Assembly (NCBI GenBank): GCA_030747675.1
Contig: JASLKH010000002.1
Coordinates: 1-26,553 of the forward strand
Direction of reading: 5' to 3'
Length of the DNA: 26,553 nt
Source: Candidatus Thalassarchaeaceae archaeon
GTDB lineage: Archaea; Thermoplasmatota; Poseidoniia; Poseidoniales; Thalassarchaeaceae
The notes beneath the pieces are model-generated. The model saw only the letters and a program-made list of their open reading frames with translations. It was not told the origin of the DNA and did no database searches. Below, in pieces: positions 17,890 to 26,553 of this stretch (positions are counted from its first letter, which is position 1; each line of letters opens with the position of its first letter). The position numbers and the translations under genes are program-made.

Positions 17890-19470
17890 TTACTCCACCC
17901 AAGCTGATATTTCGTAACTACCACCTGTGATTTCAACATCCCCTACTGTCGTCCATTCTTCACCCCACATCCCAGGAGAACCGTTAGATATCAATGGTCT
18001 ATAGAATTTGTATGCACCTTCCCCTAGTGTACTTGGTTGCTCGATCCATTGTGTGAAAGATGTCGGCGTATGCAAAAGCCATTTGTTGTTTACAACATCC
18101 ACACTTGCTTCTACGAAACAACTACTGTAAACATCAATTCCTTCACTTTCACACCAATCTTCATCGAGTGGGATAAGGACGTTAGCCCATGCATGTGGCT
18201 CCCAATCCCCAAAACCTGCGTCGGTCATAGGACCAAATTCATACCATGCAGAAATCCCATAGACGCGGAGGAGGCTCATCCATGCATTTGACTGTTCGTC
18301 ACAGTCACCACGACCATCAGCAATACATTTTGGGCCACTTCTTGCATTGCCTTGAAGTCCCGTATCATACACGATTTCATTGTATATGTGATTAAATGCG
18401 GATTCGCTGAATGCGTATACGTTATCTTGTTCGTCTGCGTCAAGACTTGCTCTAATTTCACTGGCTAATGATGTAATGCTACTATCTTGTCCATTAATTG
18501 CATAATTTTCACCAGAACCTGTATCTCGGTCATACCATTTTTTGTGAATCCCAAATTGTCCATGCATTGTTGATAAATATCCAGATCTGGTTATATCTTC
18601 AAAGTTCCCAGAATTATCTATACTTGCACTGAAACCTGATGGTGAGCGGTCAACTCTAGAGGTTATTCCTGAGTCTTCCCACCACGAGAACGAGGAAGCT
18701 GAAACCTCAAACCGCGCAATAAGAGTCACTGTCGTCTGTGCTGCAATATCTCCCTCCCAAATCACGCATTTACCGACACTGCATCTGTCCATTCCATCGC
18801 CAACTTGGGGCCAGAATATCTGTGTAGTCCCCATATCGATAGCATTGTCCACAGTTCGATAAACTGAGGTTTCAAGGGGGATAGGAACAACCGTTTCAGA
18901 ATTGGAAGGCGGGTTGGTCTGGACTCTGATATCCATTGACTCAATGTGTTGAATATTGTGAGCAGAATAATCTGCACCCGAATCCATCTCAAAACCATCA
19001 CCCCATATACCGCGCTCAGTGCGTTCAATTGGAATAGGGAGTCTGTAGTTGAACCAAACTTCTCGATTTTCAACATTATCAAGAGTTACATGCTTTTCGA
19101 CAGAATAGGATACTGCAACGGGATATTCGCGGTATCCTGACAACTCTTCCATTAAGTCATCCTTCCATTCCCCTAGTTGATATTTTATTTTGTCTTGTGC
19201 AGGAGTAAACAAAAACAGGAAGGCTATGGCGACGGCCAAGGCCAGTGTTCGCCTGTTTTTTTTCTTCTTCGGATCACGTCGCTTTCGACCCCTATTTGCT
19301 CCAACACCAGGTGGTGGGCCCTTTCGAGCTCTATATTGTGTGCCTGAAGCTGGAATATCCATTCCTACACGTGTTGACATGCCACGTGCTCCAAGCATAA
19401 ATCGCCCACAAGTATTGCATATGCTTGAACCGCTAGGATTCAGGCTAACACAATACGGGCACCGCGCCAT
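17890..19470 (-). CDS. Transglutaminase-like (Cys-His-Asp) domain protein with an N-terminal Zn ribbon and one TM anchor
   Basis: CPYC-x10-CNTC at the N-terminus, a basic stretch, and TM LALAVAIAFLFLF. Then GRGDCDEQSNAWMSLLRVYGISA, HAWANV and a downstream SVDV, which is the transglutaminase-like superfamily pattern. Confidence 0.8.
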   Translation of the reverse strand: MARCPYCVSLNPSGSSICNTCGRFMLGARGMSTRVGMDIPASGTQYRARKGPPPGVGANRGRKRRDPKKKKNRRTLALAVAIAFLFLFTPAQDKIKYQLGEWKDDLMEELSGYREYPVAVSYSVEKHVTLDNVENREVWFNYRLPIPIERTERGIWGDGFEMDSGADYSAHNIQHIESMDIRVQTNPPSNSETVVPIPLETSVYRTVDNAIDMGTTQIFWPQVGDGMDRCSVGKCVIWEGDIAAQTTVTLIARFEVSASSFSWWEDSGITSRVDRSPSGFSASIDNSGNFEDITRSGYLSTMHGQFGIHKKWYDRDTGSGENYAINGQDSSITSLASEIRASLDADEQDNVYAFSESAFNHIYNEIVYDTGLQGNARSGPKCIADGRGDCDEQSNAWMSLLRVYGISAWYEFGPMTDAGFGDWEPHAWANVLIPLDEDWCESEGIDVYSSCFVEASVDVVNNKWLLHTPTSFTQWIEQPSTLGEGAYKFYRPLISNGSPGMWGEEWTTVGDVEITGGSYEISAWVE

Positions 19471-19528
19471 AATACCGATGGTAGTCCGAAATCACTTGAA
19501 GTTCTCGGTCGTCCCTGCGGGACGGGCA

Positions 19529-20308
19529 TTATTCTTCTTCGTATTTTGTAGGGGTCACGGAACGTACACCTGTTGACAATCCGGTCCGTTGCAAACGTGT
19601 CCATTCTTGTTTCATTCGAGGCGATAATCCGGCTGGTAACCACTTCGTATCCGCCAATTTCTGCCCCCCATAGATGAATACGGGGATGATGAAAATAATT
19701 GGAGGATATACGACACCGTATGCAAGGAGTAAAATTAACATGATTCGCAATAGCATTGCTTTGAATGCTGGCTTAAATCTACGACCCTCTAGTGCATTCC
19801 AGCCTTGCCACGAGCAAATTATCGCTTCGGACCAAGGGACGATGAGTGCCAGACCGAATCCTAAAAGCAATGAACTTAGACCAAAACCATGAATCCAAGA
19901 AACGCCTTCTGGGAATGAAAAAATCTCAAAGGTTATCCTAACAACTAGCATTGCACCTAACCCTAACCCAAATGCCCAGCCAGAAGTAGGTTGACCCTTT
20001 AATTGGCGAATACTGTGGCGAGTAAGGATAAGCATCGTTACTAACGATATACTCAATGGTACCAGCAAGAGAAGCCAAAGGGAAGGGATTGTCCCTATCC
20101 ACAAAGGACGAAGGATTGATTGAGAAACCATGACTTGGTACAGACCACCTAATACCATTCCATAAAGCAAAGATTTTGTCGCAGAGGGTAGATCATAGAA
20201 ACCAACCATCCGCCGCATGCCACCTTGCCACCCCATCCAAATACCGAGTAAACCGATAGCGGTTGCAATTTGGAATTGCCAAAGTGGTATGGTGCCAATA
20301 TCTGCCAC
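19529..20308 (-). CDS. Uncharacterised polytopic membrane protein (~7 TM)
   Basis: 259-aa ORF with a GTG start and alternating hydrophobic segments that fills the gap between known genes. No intact family motif recognised. Confidence 0.7.
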   Translation of the reverse strand: MADIGTIPLWQFQIATAIGLLGIWMGWQGGMRRMVGFYDLPSATKSLLYGMVLGGLYQVMVSQSILRPLWIGTIPSLWLLLLVPLSISLVTMLILTRHSIRQLKGQPTSGWAFGLGLGAMLVVRITFEIFSFPEGVSWIHGFGLSSLLLGFGLALIVPWSEAIICSWQGWNALEGRRFKPAFKAMLLRIMLILLLAYGVVYPPIIFIIPVFIYGGQKLADTKWLPAGLSPRMKQEWTRLQRTGLSTGVRSVTPTKYEEE

Positions 20309-20381
20309 GGTGTTAGGCCACCCTAGCCCTTCTTAGCATTGTCCGGCCCTTCGGGCTGTATCCGTCGGGTTCATACGGGAA

Positions 20382-20387
20382 AGGTGA
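20382..20387 (+). promoter_or_regulatory. Probable Shine-Dalgarno site (AGGTGA) for srp54
   Basis: AGGTGA 12 nt upstream of ATG 20400; the spacing is somewhat long. Confidence 0.4.
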
Positions 20388-20399
20388 CAGCGCGAACCA

Positions 20400-21758
20400 A
20401 TGGCGCTTGAGGGGTTGAAGAAAGGTATTTTCAGCGCAGTTGCCAGATTGAAGGGCAAACGTAAACTCGATGAAGCTGAAATGAAGGAATTGACAAAAAG
20501 TATCCGTCGATCCTTGCTAGAGGCCGACTTTAACGTGAGACAAACCAAAGAAATTACTGCGAGATTGGAAGAACGAATTCTCGAAGAAGAACCTCAACCT
20601 GGAATCACATTGCAAACGCATGCAATGAACATCATCTATACCGAACTAGTTCGTTTACTAGGCGCTCCTCGTGAGATTAGACCCCATAATCAAACAATAT
20701 TGATGGTTGGTCTTTACGGACAAGGCAAAACCACAACCACAGCAAAACTTGCAGAATGGTGGCGTAAGAGACATGGTATACGAGTCGCAGTAATCGAAGC
20801 TGACGTTCAACGTCCTGGAGCCTACGCTCAATTGAAACAACTTCTGTCAGATTCACCTGTGGAAGTGTATGGAGACCCAGAAAACCCTGACGCTGTAAGC
20901 ATTGTCAAAAGTGGACTTGCGAAAGTTGGTAACGCCGATGTTGTAATTATCGATACAGCTGGACGTGATCGCCTAGATGATGAATTGCAAGCGGAATTGG
21001 AAAGAATTCACAAAGTTGCTAATGCCACTGAAAGATTCCTCGTAATTGATGCACAGGTTGGGCAGGCTGCTGGTCCTGTGGCAGCGGGTTTCCATGATTT
21101 GGTTGGAGTTACTGGTGTGATTGTATCAAAATTAGATGGTACTGCACGGGGTGGTGGTGCACTTTCGGCAGTGGCAACTACTGGTGCCCCAATTGTATTC
21201 ATTGGAGAAGGAGAAAAAGTTGCAGATCTGGAAAAATTCGAATCAGATCGATTCATATCAAGATTACTTGGAATGGGGGACATTCGTGGATTAATTGATC
21301 TTGCACCTGATTCACTTGATCAAGAAGAAGCAATGCGACTTACTGAACGAATGATGTCTGGAAGATTCACATTGAACGACATGTACAAGCAAATGGAAAT
21401 GATGTCAAAAATAGGGACTATTGACAAAATTGTGTCGCACCTCCCTGACTCTATGTTTGGTGGCCTTGGCAGCATGAATCGACGGCAGAAGGAAGAAATG
21501 CAGCAAAATCTCGAGCGGTTCCGTGTCATAATGGATTCAATGACTCAAGACGAAAAGAATGAGCCACAGATTCTGAAATCAGAGAGGATTCGTCGTATCG
21601 CGAGAGGAGCGGGCGTCCGTGAAAAGAATGTTCGCGAGTTGTTAACCCAGTGGAACCGTTCGCGGAAGATGATGAAGGGGATCAAAGGTAATCGGAAATT
21701 ACGTCGACAAATGAAAGGCATGATGGGCGACGTGGATGACATGGACATGCCGATGTGA
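20400..21758 (+). CDS. srp54: Signal recognition particle protein SRP54
   Basis: Motifs [34 protein letters not shown] and GEGEK, with a Met-rich M domain (IMDSMT..E..EP.IL..ERI.RIARGAG). Confidence 0.98.
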   Translation: MALEGLKKGIFSAVARLKGKRKLDEAEMKELTKSIRRSLLEADFNVRQTKEITARLEERILEEEPQPGITLQTHAMNIIYTELVRLLGAPREIRPHNQTILMVGLYGQGKTTTTAKLAEWWRKRHGIRVAVIEADVQRPGAYAQLKQLLSDSPVEVYGDPENPDAVSIVKSGLAKVGNADVVIIDTAGRDRLDDELQAELERIHKVANATERFLVIDAQVGQAAGPVAAGFHDLVGVTGVIVSKLDGTARGGGALSAVATTGAPIVFIGEGEKVADLEKFESDRFISRLLGMGDIRGLIDLAPDSLDQEEAMRLTERMMSGRFTLNDMYKQMEMMSKIGTIDKIVSHLPDSMFGGLGSMNRRQKEEMQQNLERFRVIMDSMTQDEKNEPQILKSERIRRIARGAGVREKNVRELLTQWNRSRKMMKGIKGNRKLRRQMKGMMGDVDDMDMPM

Positions 21759-21763
21759 GATTA

Positions 21764-22357
21764 ATGGGTCGCAAATTTGCTATCATTGGGCACCGAGCCC
21801 CATCATCAGGGAAAATCAATCTAAACGATTTACCGGGTTCTTCAGGGAGAATTGATGTTTTGGCACGTGCAGTCAACACTGCACTATTCCTATCACACGG
21901 CATTCGGGAAGATACGGATATCATACTCCATTTGCTGGGGGGACCTGGCCCAGCACGAAGAATCAAGTTTCAAGGATCAATATTGAGAGGCATTCATTCT
22001 GACGAGCGGGCTATTGCAGGACAAGTTGCAAAGGCATTGAAGGAACCTGTACCGGCGATTGGCCAATTTGTCGAAATACACTCTGGGTTCTGGCATTCAG
22101 GTGGTGGAATTGAGCAAACAATCCGTGAATGGGATCGGGAAGGTGTCCGATTATTTGTTCTCGATAACGAAGGGGATTCGTTTAATTCTGAAATCCACGA
22201 CTTGGATTCTATCGGATTCATCCTTTCCGACGACCAGCCTTTCACCGAATCTGAACTTGAATCCATGGAGGGAATTGGAAGTATTTCACTTGGAAATAGA
22301 TGGTTACAAGGACATGTGTGCATTTCAATAATACACCATTTACTAGATTCGATTTAA
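21764..22357 (+). CDS. trmY: tRNA (pseudouridine-54-N1)-methyltransferase TrmY (SPOUT)
   Basis: LNDLPGSSGRIDVLARAVNTALFLSHGIREDT, DERA, FILSD..P and SLGNRWL...CI.IIH..LD match TrmY. ATG 21764 is preferred over GTG 21755. Confidence 0.92.
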   Translation: MGRKFAIIGHRAPSSGKINLNDLPGSSGRIDVLARAVNTALFLSHGIREDTDIILHLLGGPGPARRIKFQGSILRGIHSDERAIAGQVAKALKEPVPAIGQFVEIHSGFWHSGGGIEQTIREWDREGVRLFVLDNEGDSFNSEIHDLDSIGFILSDDQPFTESELESMEGIGSISLGNRWLQGHVCISIIHHLLDSI

Positions 22358-23298
22358 TCAAGCCAAGCAGGGTATCCCTCATCATTAGTTTGTAAAGCAG
22401 TGCGTAGAATTTGATTTGGTACATTCAGTGGGTGGGTTTGTGGCCATGTTGCTAAAGGGGTTATCGCTACACTACCAACCATAATACTCAGGCAATCGGT
22501 ATCTGGAATTTCTTCATCTTGTATTGATGCGGCACCCACTTCAAATTCTATTGAACCATCGTCCTTATTGGTGGCAGTTGCTGCTCCTAAATACCACCTA
22601 GCACCCAATCCAACTGTTTCGATTTTACCAGTCCATTCATGTGGGAAATTGACATTTAAGAATAAGTCACCGCAGAGAAAAGCCTCTTTGACTTTTTCAG
22701 GCATCGATAACGACTCAGATATCCAAGGCATGTGTTGACTTCCTCTCGGGCGATTTTTGTTGGGGGGCTCCTGTGACATGTGATTCAAACAAGAGCGAAT
22801 CATTTTCAATCCGGATTGGAAGCCTACTGTGTAGTCCTCGTGTAAATATGTAGCCAAACTCAATGCCATGCTTGGCATACCATACAAAGCGGCTTCCCGT
22901 GCTGCGGAAACAGTTCCTGAATGCATGATGTCAACAGATACATTAGGGCCTCGATTAATTCCTGAAATACACATTCTTGGGCGTATTTCAGGAGCCCATT
23001 TTTCAAACCCACCGTCCATCGCAATTACTACACAATCGCAAGGAGTTCCGTCTAAACTGTAAATTCGAACAGGTGCGCCATCTGGATCCAATTCCAACTT
23101 TTCAATGAGGTCACTCCGATTTTCGAACTTCAACTCAGAATGAAGTGTCAACCTCATTCCAGATGCCGATTGTTGACTTGCTGGTGCAAGAACGGCCAAT
23201 GGATGACCCAAGGCGTGAAGTTGACTAATCAGATAATGTAAACCGGGTGCATCAATTCCGTCATCATTAGTCAGGAATAATGCCTCACGCCAAGCCAT
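22354..23298 (-). CDS. surE: 5'/3'-nucleotidase SurE
   Basis: Motifs LTNDDGIDAPG, AP...QSASG, GTPCDCV, SGINRGPN and SGTVSAAREA. Confidence 0.95.
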   Translation of the reverse strand: MAWREALFLTNDDGIDAPGLHYLISQLHALGHPLAVLAPASQQSASGMRLTLHSELKFENRSDLIEKLELDPDGAPVRIYSLDGTPCDCVVIAMDGGFEKWAPEIRPRMCISGINRGPNVSVDIMHSGTVSAAREAALYGMPSMALSLATYLHEDYTVGFQSGLKMIRSCLNHMSQEPPNKNRPRGSQHMPWISESLSMPEKVKEAFLCGDLFLNVNFPHEWTGKIETVGLGARWYLGAATATNKDDGSIEFEVGAASIQDEEIPDTDCLSIMVGSVAITPLATWPQTHPLNVPNQILRTALQTNDEGYPAWLD

Positions 23299-23325
23299 AT
23301 CCTCGCCTCATGCTATCCGGAGTGG

Positions 23326-24243
23326 CTATGATTCTTCAGTAGTTCGATGATGTGAACCAATTATGGCCAATGTAGTCCCAGCAATCATAAATGGACCACC
23401 AACAAATGTCCAAAAGCTCGGCATTGATTCCACACCCATTGCCCAACCCAAAAATGAGCCTATCAATGGCTCAAGTACGACTGCAACAGATATCACCAAT
23501 GGTGGTAGCCATTTCATACTCGCATTGATTCCTGTGTGACCTGCTAGGCCAGGGCCGAGGGCTAAATATCCCACTAGCAAAAGCCAAGTTGGATCAGTCC
23601 AGCCAAATGCGGCGTCATCAACAACTGACATTTCCAAAGTTGCTCCTTCTTGGAAAATTGCCTGGATTGTTAATAGAATACCTGCAATGGCTGTAACAGG
23701 GAATGCATAGAGGAAAAGTGGGATTTCACCTTGAGCCCTCAATACCCTTCCTGCTGCCAAATAACCGACGAATGCAAGCGCCCCTAGGAATGCCGCCAAG
23801 TCACCAATTAGTGTGACTTCACCTCCGCCACCTACATCCTGTAAAGTGATTATTGCACCCGAAAAACCAACCAAAGCCCCAGCTATTTCCCACCGATGCA
23901 GATTCATTCTCAAAAGGGCCATACCGAATACAATAATCAACGGGTGTGCTGTGACAAAAAGCAAGCTATGGGTTAGCGATGTATGATCTAATGACCATAC
24001 CCAACTACCGAAATGAATCCATAAGCAAGCCCCTGAACCTAGGAGAATAAAGCCCACTTTCCTAGTCCATTGGAATTCACTTGTTCGTAATTGCCAGATA
24101 AAAAATGGAAACAATACGAGAGAGGTAGCCTGTAACCTCCAACCTGCTTTCAAAAGAGGACCGATGCCATCCATTGTTCGAAATACTGCACCAGCACTTG
24201 ATACGGCGACTACAGCGACACCTAAGATAATCCATGCCTGCAT
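23326..24243 (-). CDS. DMT/EamA family transporter
   Basis: About 10 TM in two repeats, with HFGSWVWSLDHTS, GDLAAFLGA, GHTGIN.SMK and VLEP..GS motifs. The start is uncertain; ATG 24243 was chosen because TTG 24300 overlaps the OPT gene. Confidence 0.88.
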   Translation of the reverse strand: MQAWIILGVAVVAVSSAGAVFRTMDGIGPLLKAGWRLQATSLVLFPFFIWQLRTSEFQWTRKVGFILLGSGACLWIHFGSWVWSLDHTSLTHSLLFVTAHPLIIVFGMALLRMNLHRWEIAGALVGFSGAIITLQDVGGGGEVTLIGDLAAFLGALAFVGYLAAGRVLRAQGEIPLFLYAFPVTAIAGILLTIQAIFQEGATLEMSVVDDAAFGWTDPTWLLLVGYLALGPGLAGHTGINASMKWLPPLVISVAVVLEPLIGSFLGWAMGVESMPSFWTFVGGPFMIAGTTLAIIGSHHRTTEES

Positions 24244-24277
24244 TGGTGCATGCTTGGAAGTCTGCAAGAACTCACCC

Positions 24278-26553
24278 TCAGGCTTCACTTGCCTTACCAA
24301 ATATTCCAGCTCGTTTGAATAGCAAATAAAGTCCCCCGAATAGAAGTATGTTTATCGTTACAAAGCTAACTAAGCGCACAATCCAATAAAAACTTGAGCT
24401 GGCAAACCCTGTTTCATCAATAACAGCCAATACTGCAGATTCAACGCCAAAGAAGGCTTCACCCGTCAATGCCCCAGCAGCAATCATAAATGTTGTAATC
24501 AACATCATAGCGCGTTTCTTTTCTGCACTTGAACTTCCTTCTTGTTCACGGACTTTATCGATAACTGGATTGAGGCGTTTTGCCTCCCACCAATCACGAC
24601 CTACACCACCAATCATCATTGGGAAAGTGTAAGGAGTCGGCAGATACATCCCCAATCCGAATGAGGTGCCCATCCCAGTTGCCCATTCGGCAAAAGCACC
24701 CAGCATGAAACCGAGAAGAAGGGCCGACATATTCCCTTGCCCTTCTGAAAGCATCACAGTGAAACCAGCAAATGCATTGGCTTGTGGAGCAAGTAAATCG
24801 ATCTTATTATTGGCCAATAAATCGGAAAGGAAGATGGCCATTCCTGCTCCCAAAATAGCACCAGGGACTACGCCCATGATATTTCCCTTGGATATGTGAT
24901 AAGGTCTATTTCCAATGTATAAACTATTTTTGTAATCTCCCACAACAGTACCGGACATTGAAATCGCACTTCCAAATACTGTCGTCCCCACAAGAGCGAT
25001 TAGAATTGCTTCCTCTTTTTCTAAACCAAAGAAACTACCGTATCCTAAGAACAATCCGAGTAGCATCAATAGTACAATAAATGATGTTCCAGAGACCGGT
25101 TCGATACCAGTTTCACCCATGACACGAACTGCAATCGCCCCGAGTAAAAATGTGGTTAGAATTAGCACTAATGCGAAAACAATTGCAGCCTGAATTGGGA
25201 AACCACCGACCCAAAATATCAGTATCATCGCAAAGAAGGAAAGGACCATGAAAATTGGGATATGGTATAATGGCCATTCATACCACCCCTTACCATCGAT
25301 ATATTCTTGCCCTTTTTCTCCAGAGAATGCTTTGCCAATATCGCCAAAGATTGAGAGGAATGTTGGAGCCATTTTTAGCAAACCTAGCAAACCACCTCCA
25401 AGAATTGCACCAATTGCAATTGTTCGAATAATACTCTTGTAAGCATACCATTGTACAGGTCCACCGAGGTCCTGCAATGGAACATAAACAGCATCACCTG
25501 ATACAGGGTCAACATTCGAGAAAACTGGAGCATTGAAATATACTGCAAGAGGAATCAAAAAGAACCATGCTACAAATGAGCCAAGATTAACTAAGAATGC
25601 TACTCGCATCCGCATAAACCATCCTACTGCAAAAAGTGTCGGACTAAGTTCAACTCCGAGGAATGTGTAGGCAAAGGGATTGTCACTATCCCAAAAAGTC
25701 AGACCATTTGCTACTGCTTCCCCACCATCTAATTTACTTGGTTGATGAATCCAACGCTCAGAGTAAATTGATGCAAGTCCCCATTCATCACCACTAAAAT
25801 TGGTAGCGAATTTATCAGCAGCAGAATGATTTCCATAAATTGCATCCCCATCAGGCGTGAAACCAGTGATGTGATCTTTCCAAAACAGTGGATAGTCGAT
25901 TATGAACATGAAGGACATAGCCAACCCAGTCCAAAGCCCAACAGTTTGGAGGCTTTGACGAGCAGCTTCGGCGGCCCCTGTGCTAACATCAGCCGAAATA
26001 TCAAGCATCTTCAATGTGGCTTCAAAACCAGGCATTGGCAAAGGATCTTCGACCAACCATACTCGACGGAATATGATGAAATACATCACTCCTAAGAAAC
26101 CGGCAAACATACTGGCAACTATGCCAATGAACGCCAGTTGGAATACATCGATACCTGATAAAAGAGGAGATCCATTAACGAAATACTCTGTTTTATGCTC
26201 TGATGAAAGAAGGAAAATTGCAGGGAATGTGAAAATGAAACCTGTTGATGCATGTGTAGCACCAGTCGTTGCACTTGTTGAGATATTGACCTCTGACGGA
26301 GACCACTTGAGAGCCATTCCAAGAAGGTAGGCCACGTACCATGCAGCAGATACTGCAAGACCAATTTTGAGGCCGATGTAGGCTGTTACTCCAGAGAATA
26401 GGGCCCCAATTGCAATTCCAATCAAGACTTTAGAAAGTGACCAATGACTGATCTCAAATGATTCTTCGAGATTCTTCTCCTCGAGGTATTGTTCAAGTAA
26501 TCCGGTGTTGAGGTTATTGTACATATCTTCATCTAACCAAGTTAGACTCCCCG
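24278..26553 (-). CDS. OPT (oligopeptide transporter/YSL) family transporter, probably 5'-truncated
   Basis: Motifs AYIGLKIGL, GFIFTFPA, LPMPGFEAT, GETGIEPVSG, DYKNSLYIG and APQA. The frame stays open upstream of ATG 26524 to the window edge (GSLTWLDEDM), so the true start may lie outside. Confidence 0.9.
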   Translation of the reverse strand, partial: GSLTWLDEDMYNNLNTGLLEQYLEEKNLEESFEISHWSLSKVLIGIAIGALFSGVTAYIGLKIGLAVSAAWYVAYLLGMALKWSPSEVNISTSATTGATHASTGFIFTFPAIFLLSSEHKTEYFVNGSPLLSGIDVFQLAFIGIVASMFAGFLGVMYFIIFRRVWLVEDPLPMPGFEATLKMLDISADVSTGAAEAARQSLQTVGLWTGLAMSFMFIIDYPLFWKDHITGFTPDGDAIYGNHSAADKFATNFSGDEWGLASIYSERWIHQPSKLDGGEAVANGLTFWDSDNPFAYTFLGVELSPTLFAVGWFMRMRVAFLVNLGSFVAWFFLIPLAVYFNAPVFSNVDPVSGDAVYVPLQDLGGPVQWYAYKSIIRTIAIGAILGGGLLGLLKMAPTFLSIFGDIGKAFSGEKGQEYIDGKGWYEWPLYHIPIFMVLSFFAMILIFWVGGFPIQAAIVFALVLILTTFLLGAIAVRVMGETGIEPVSGTSFIVLLMLLGLFLGYGSFFGLEKEEAILIALVGTTVFGSAISMSGTVVGDYKNSLYIGNRPYHISKGNIMGVVPGAILGAGMAIFLSDLLANNKIDLLAPQANAFAGFTVMLSEGQGNMSALLLGFMLGAFAEWATGMGTSFGLGMYLPTPYTFPMMIGGVGRDWWEAKRLNPVIDKVREQEGSSSAEKKRAMMLITTFMIAAGALTGEAFFGVESAVLAVIDETGFASSSFYWIVRLVSFVTINILLFGGLYLLFKRAGIFGKASEA

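Noticed and set aside
1-26553. tRNA, rRNA, SRP RNA or CRISPR array
   Set aside because: All intergenic gaps are under 190 nt. None shows a cloverleaf or spaced direct repeats, and none is long enough for archaeal SRP RNA.

Overview
Gene-dense archaeal chromosomal window of roughly 40-45% GC. The gene set (TiaS, TrmY, SRP54, RFC large subunit, archaeosortase, ~1780-aa Lhr) points to Thermoplasmatota, most plausibly Marine Group II/Poseidoniales (inference). There are 18 CDS. In order: tiaS (truncated at the left edge and missing from the ORF track), gmhB-like, gmhA-like, archaeosortase, a large Lhr helicase, a DUF2071-DCC fusion, a membrane-anchored Schlafen/AlbA_2 protein, glyS, rfcL, trkH, trkA, a Zn-ribbon/TM/transglutaminase-like protein, a polytopic membrane protein, srp54, trmY, surE, an EamA transporter and an OPT transporter (frame open to the right edge). 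I saw no tRNA, rRNA, CRISPR array or mobile element. Most of the window is housekeeping. The best candidate for an undescribed system is the 4-TM Schlafen-domain gene with an intact ExxxxExK...D catalytic set, which sits head-to-tail with a DUF2071-DCC thiol-redox fusion and a Lhr helicase whose C-terminus carries a tandemly duplicated winged-helix/AlkZ-like module. All family assignments come from motif recognition by eye, with no database search.
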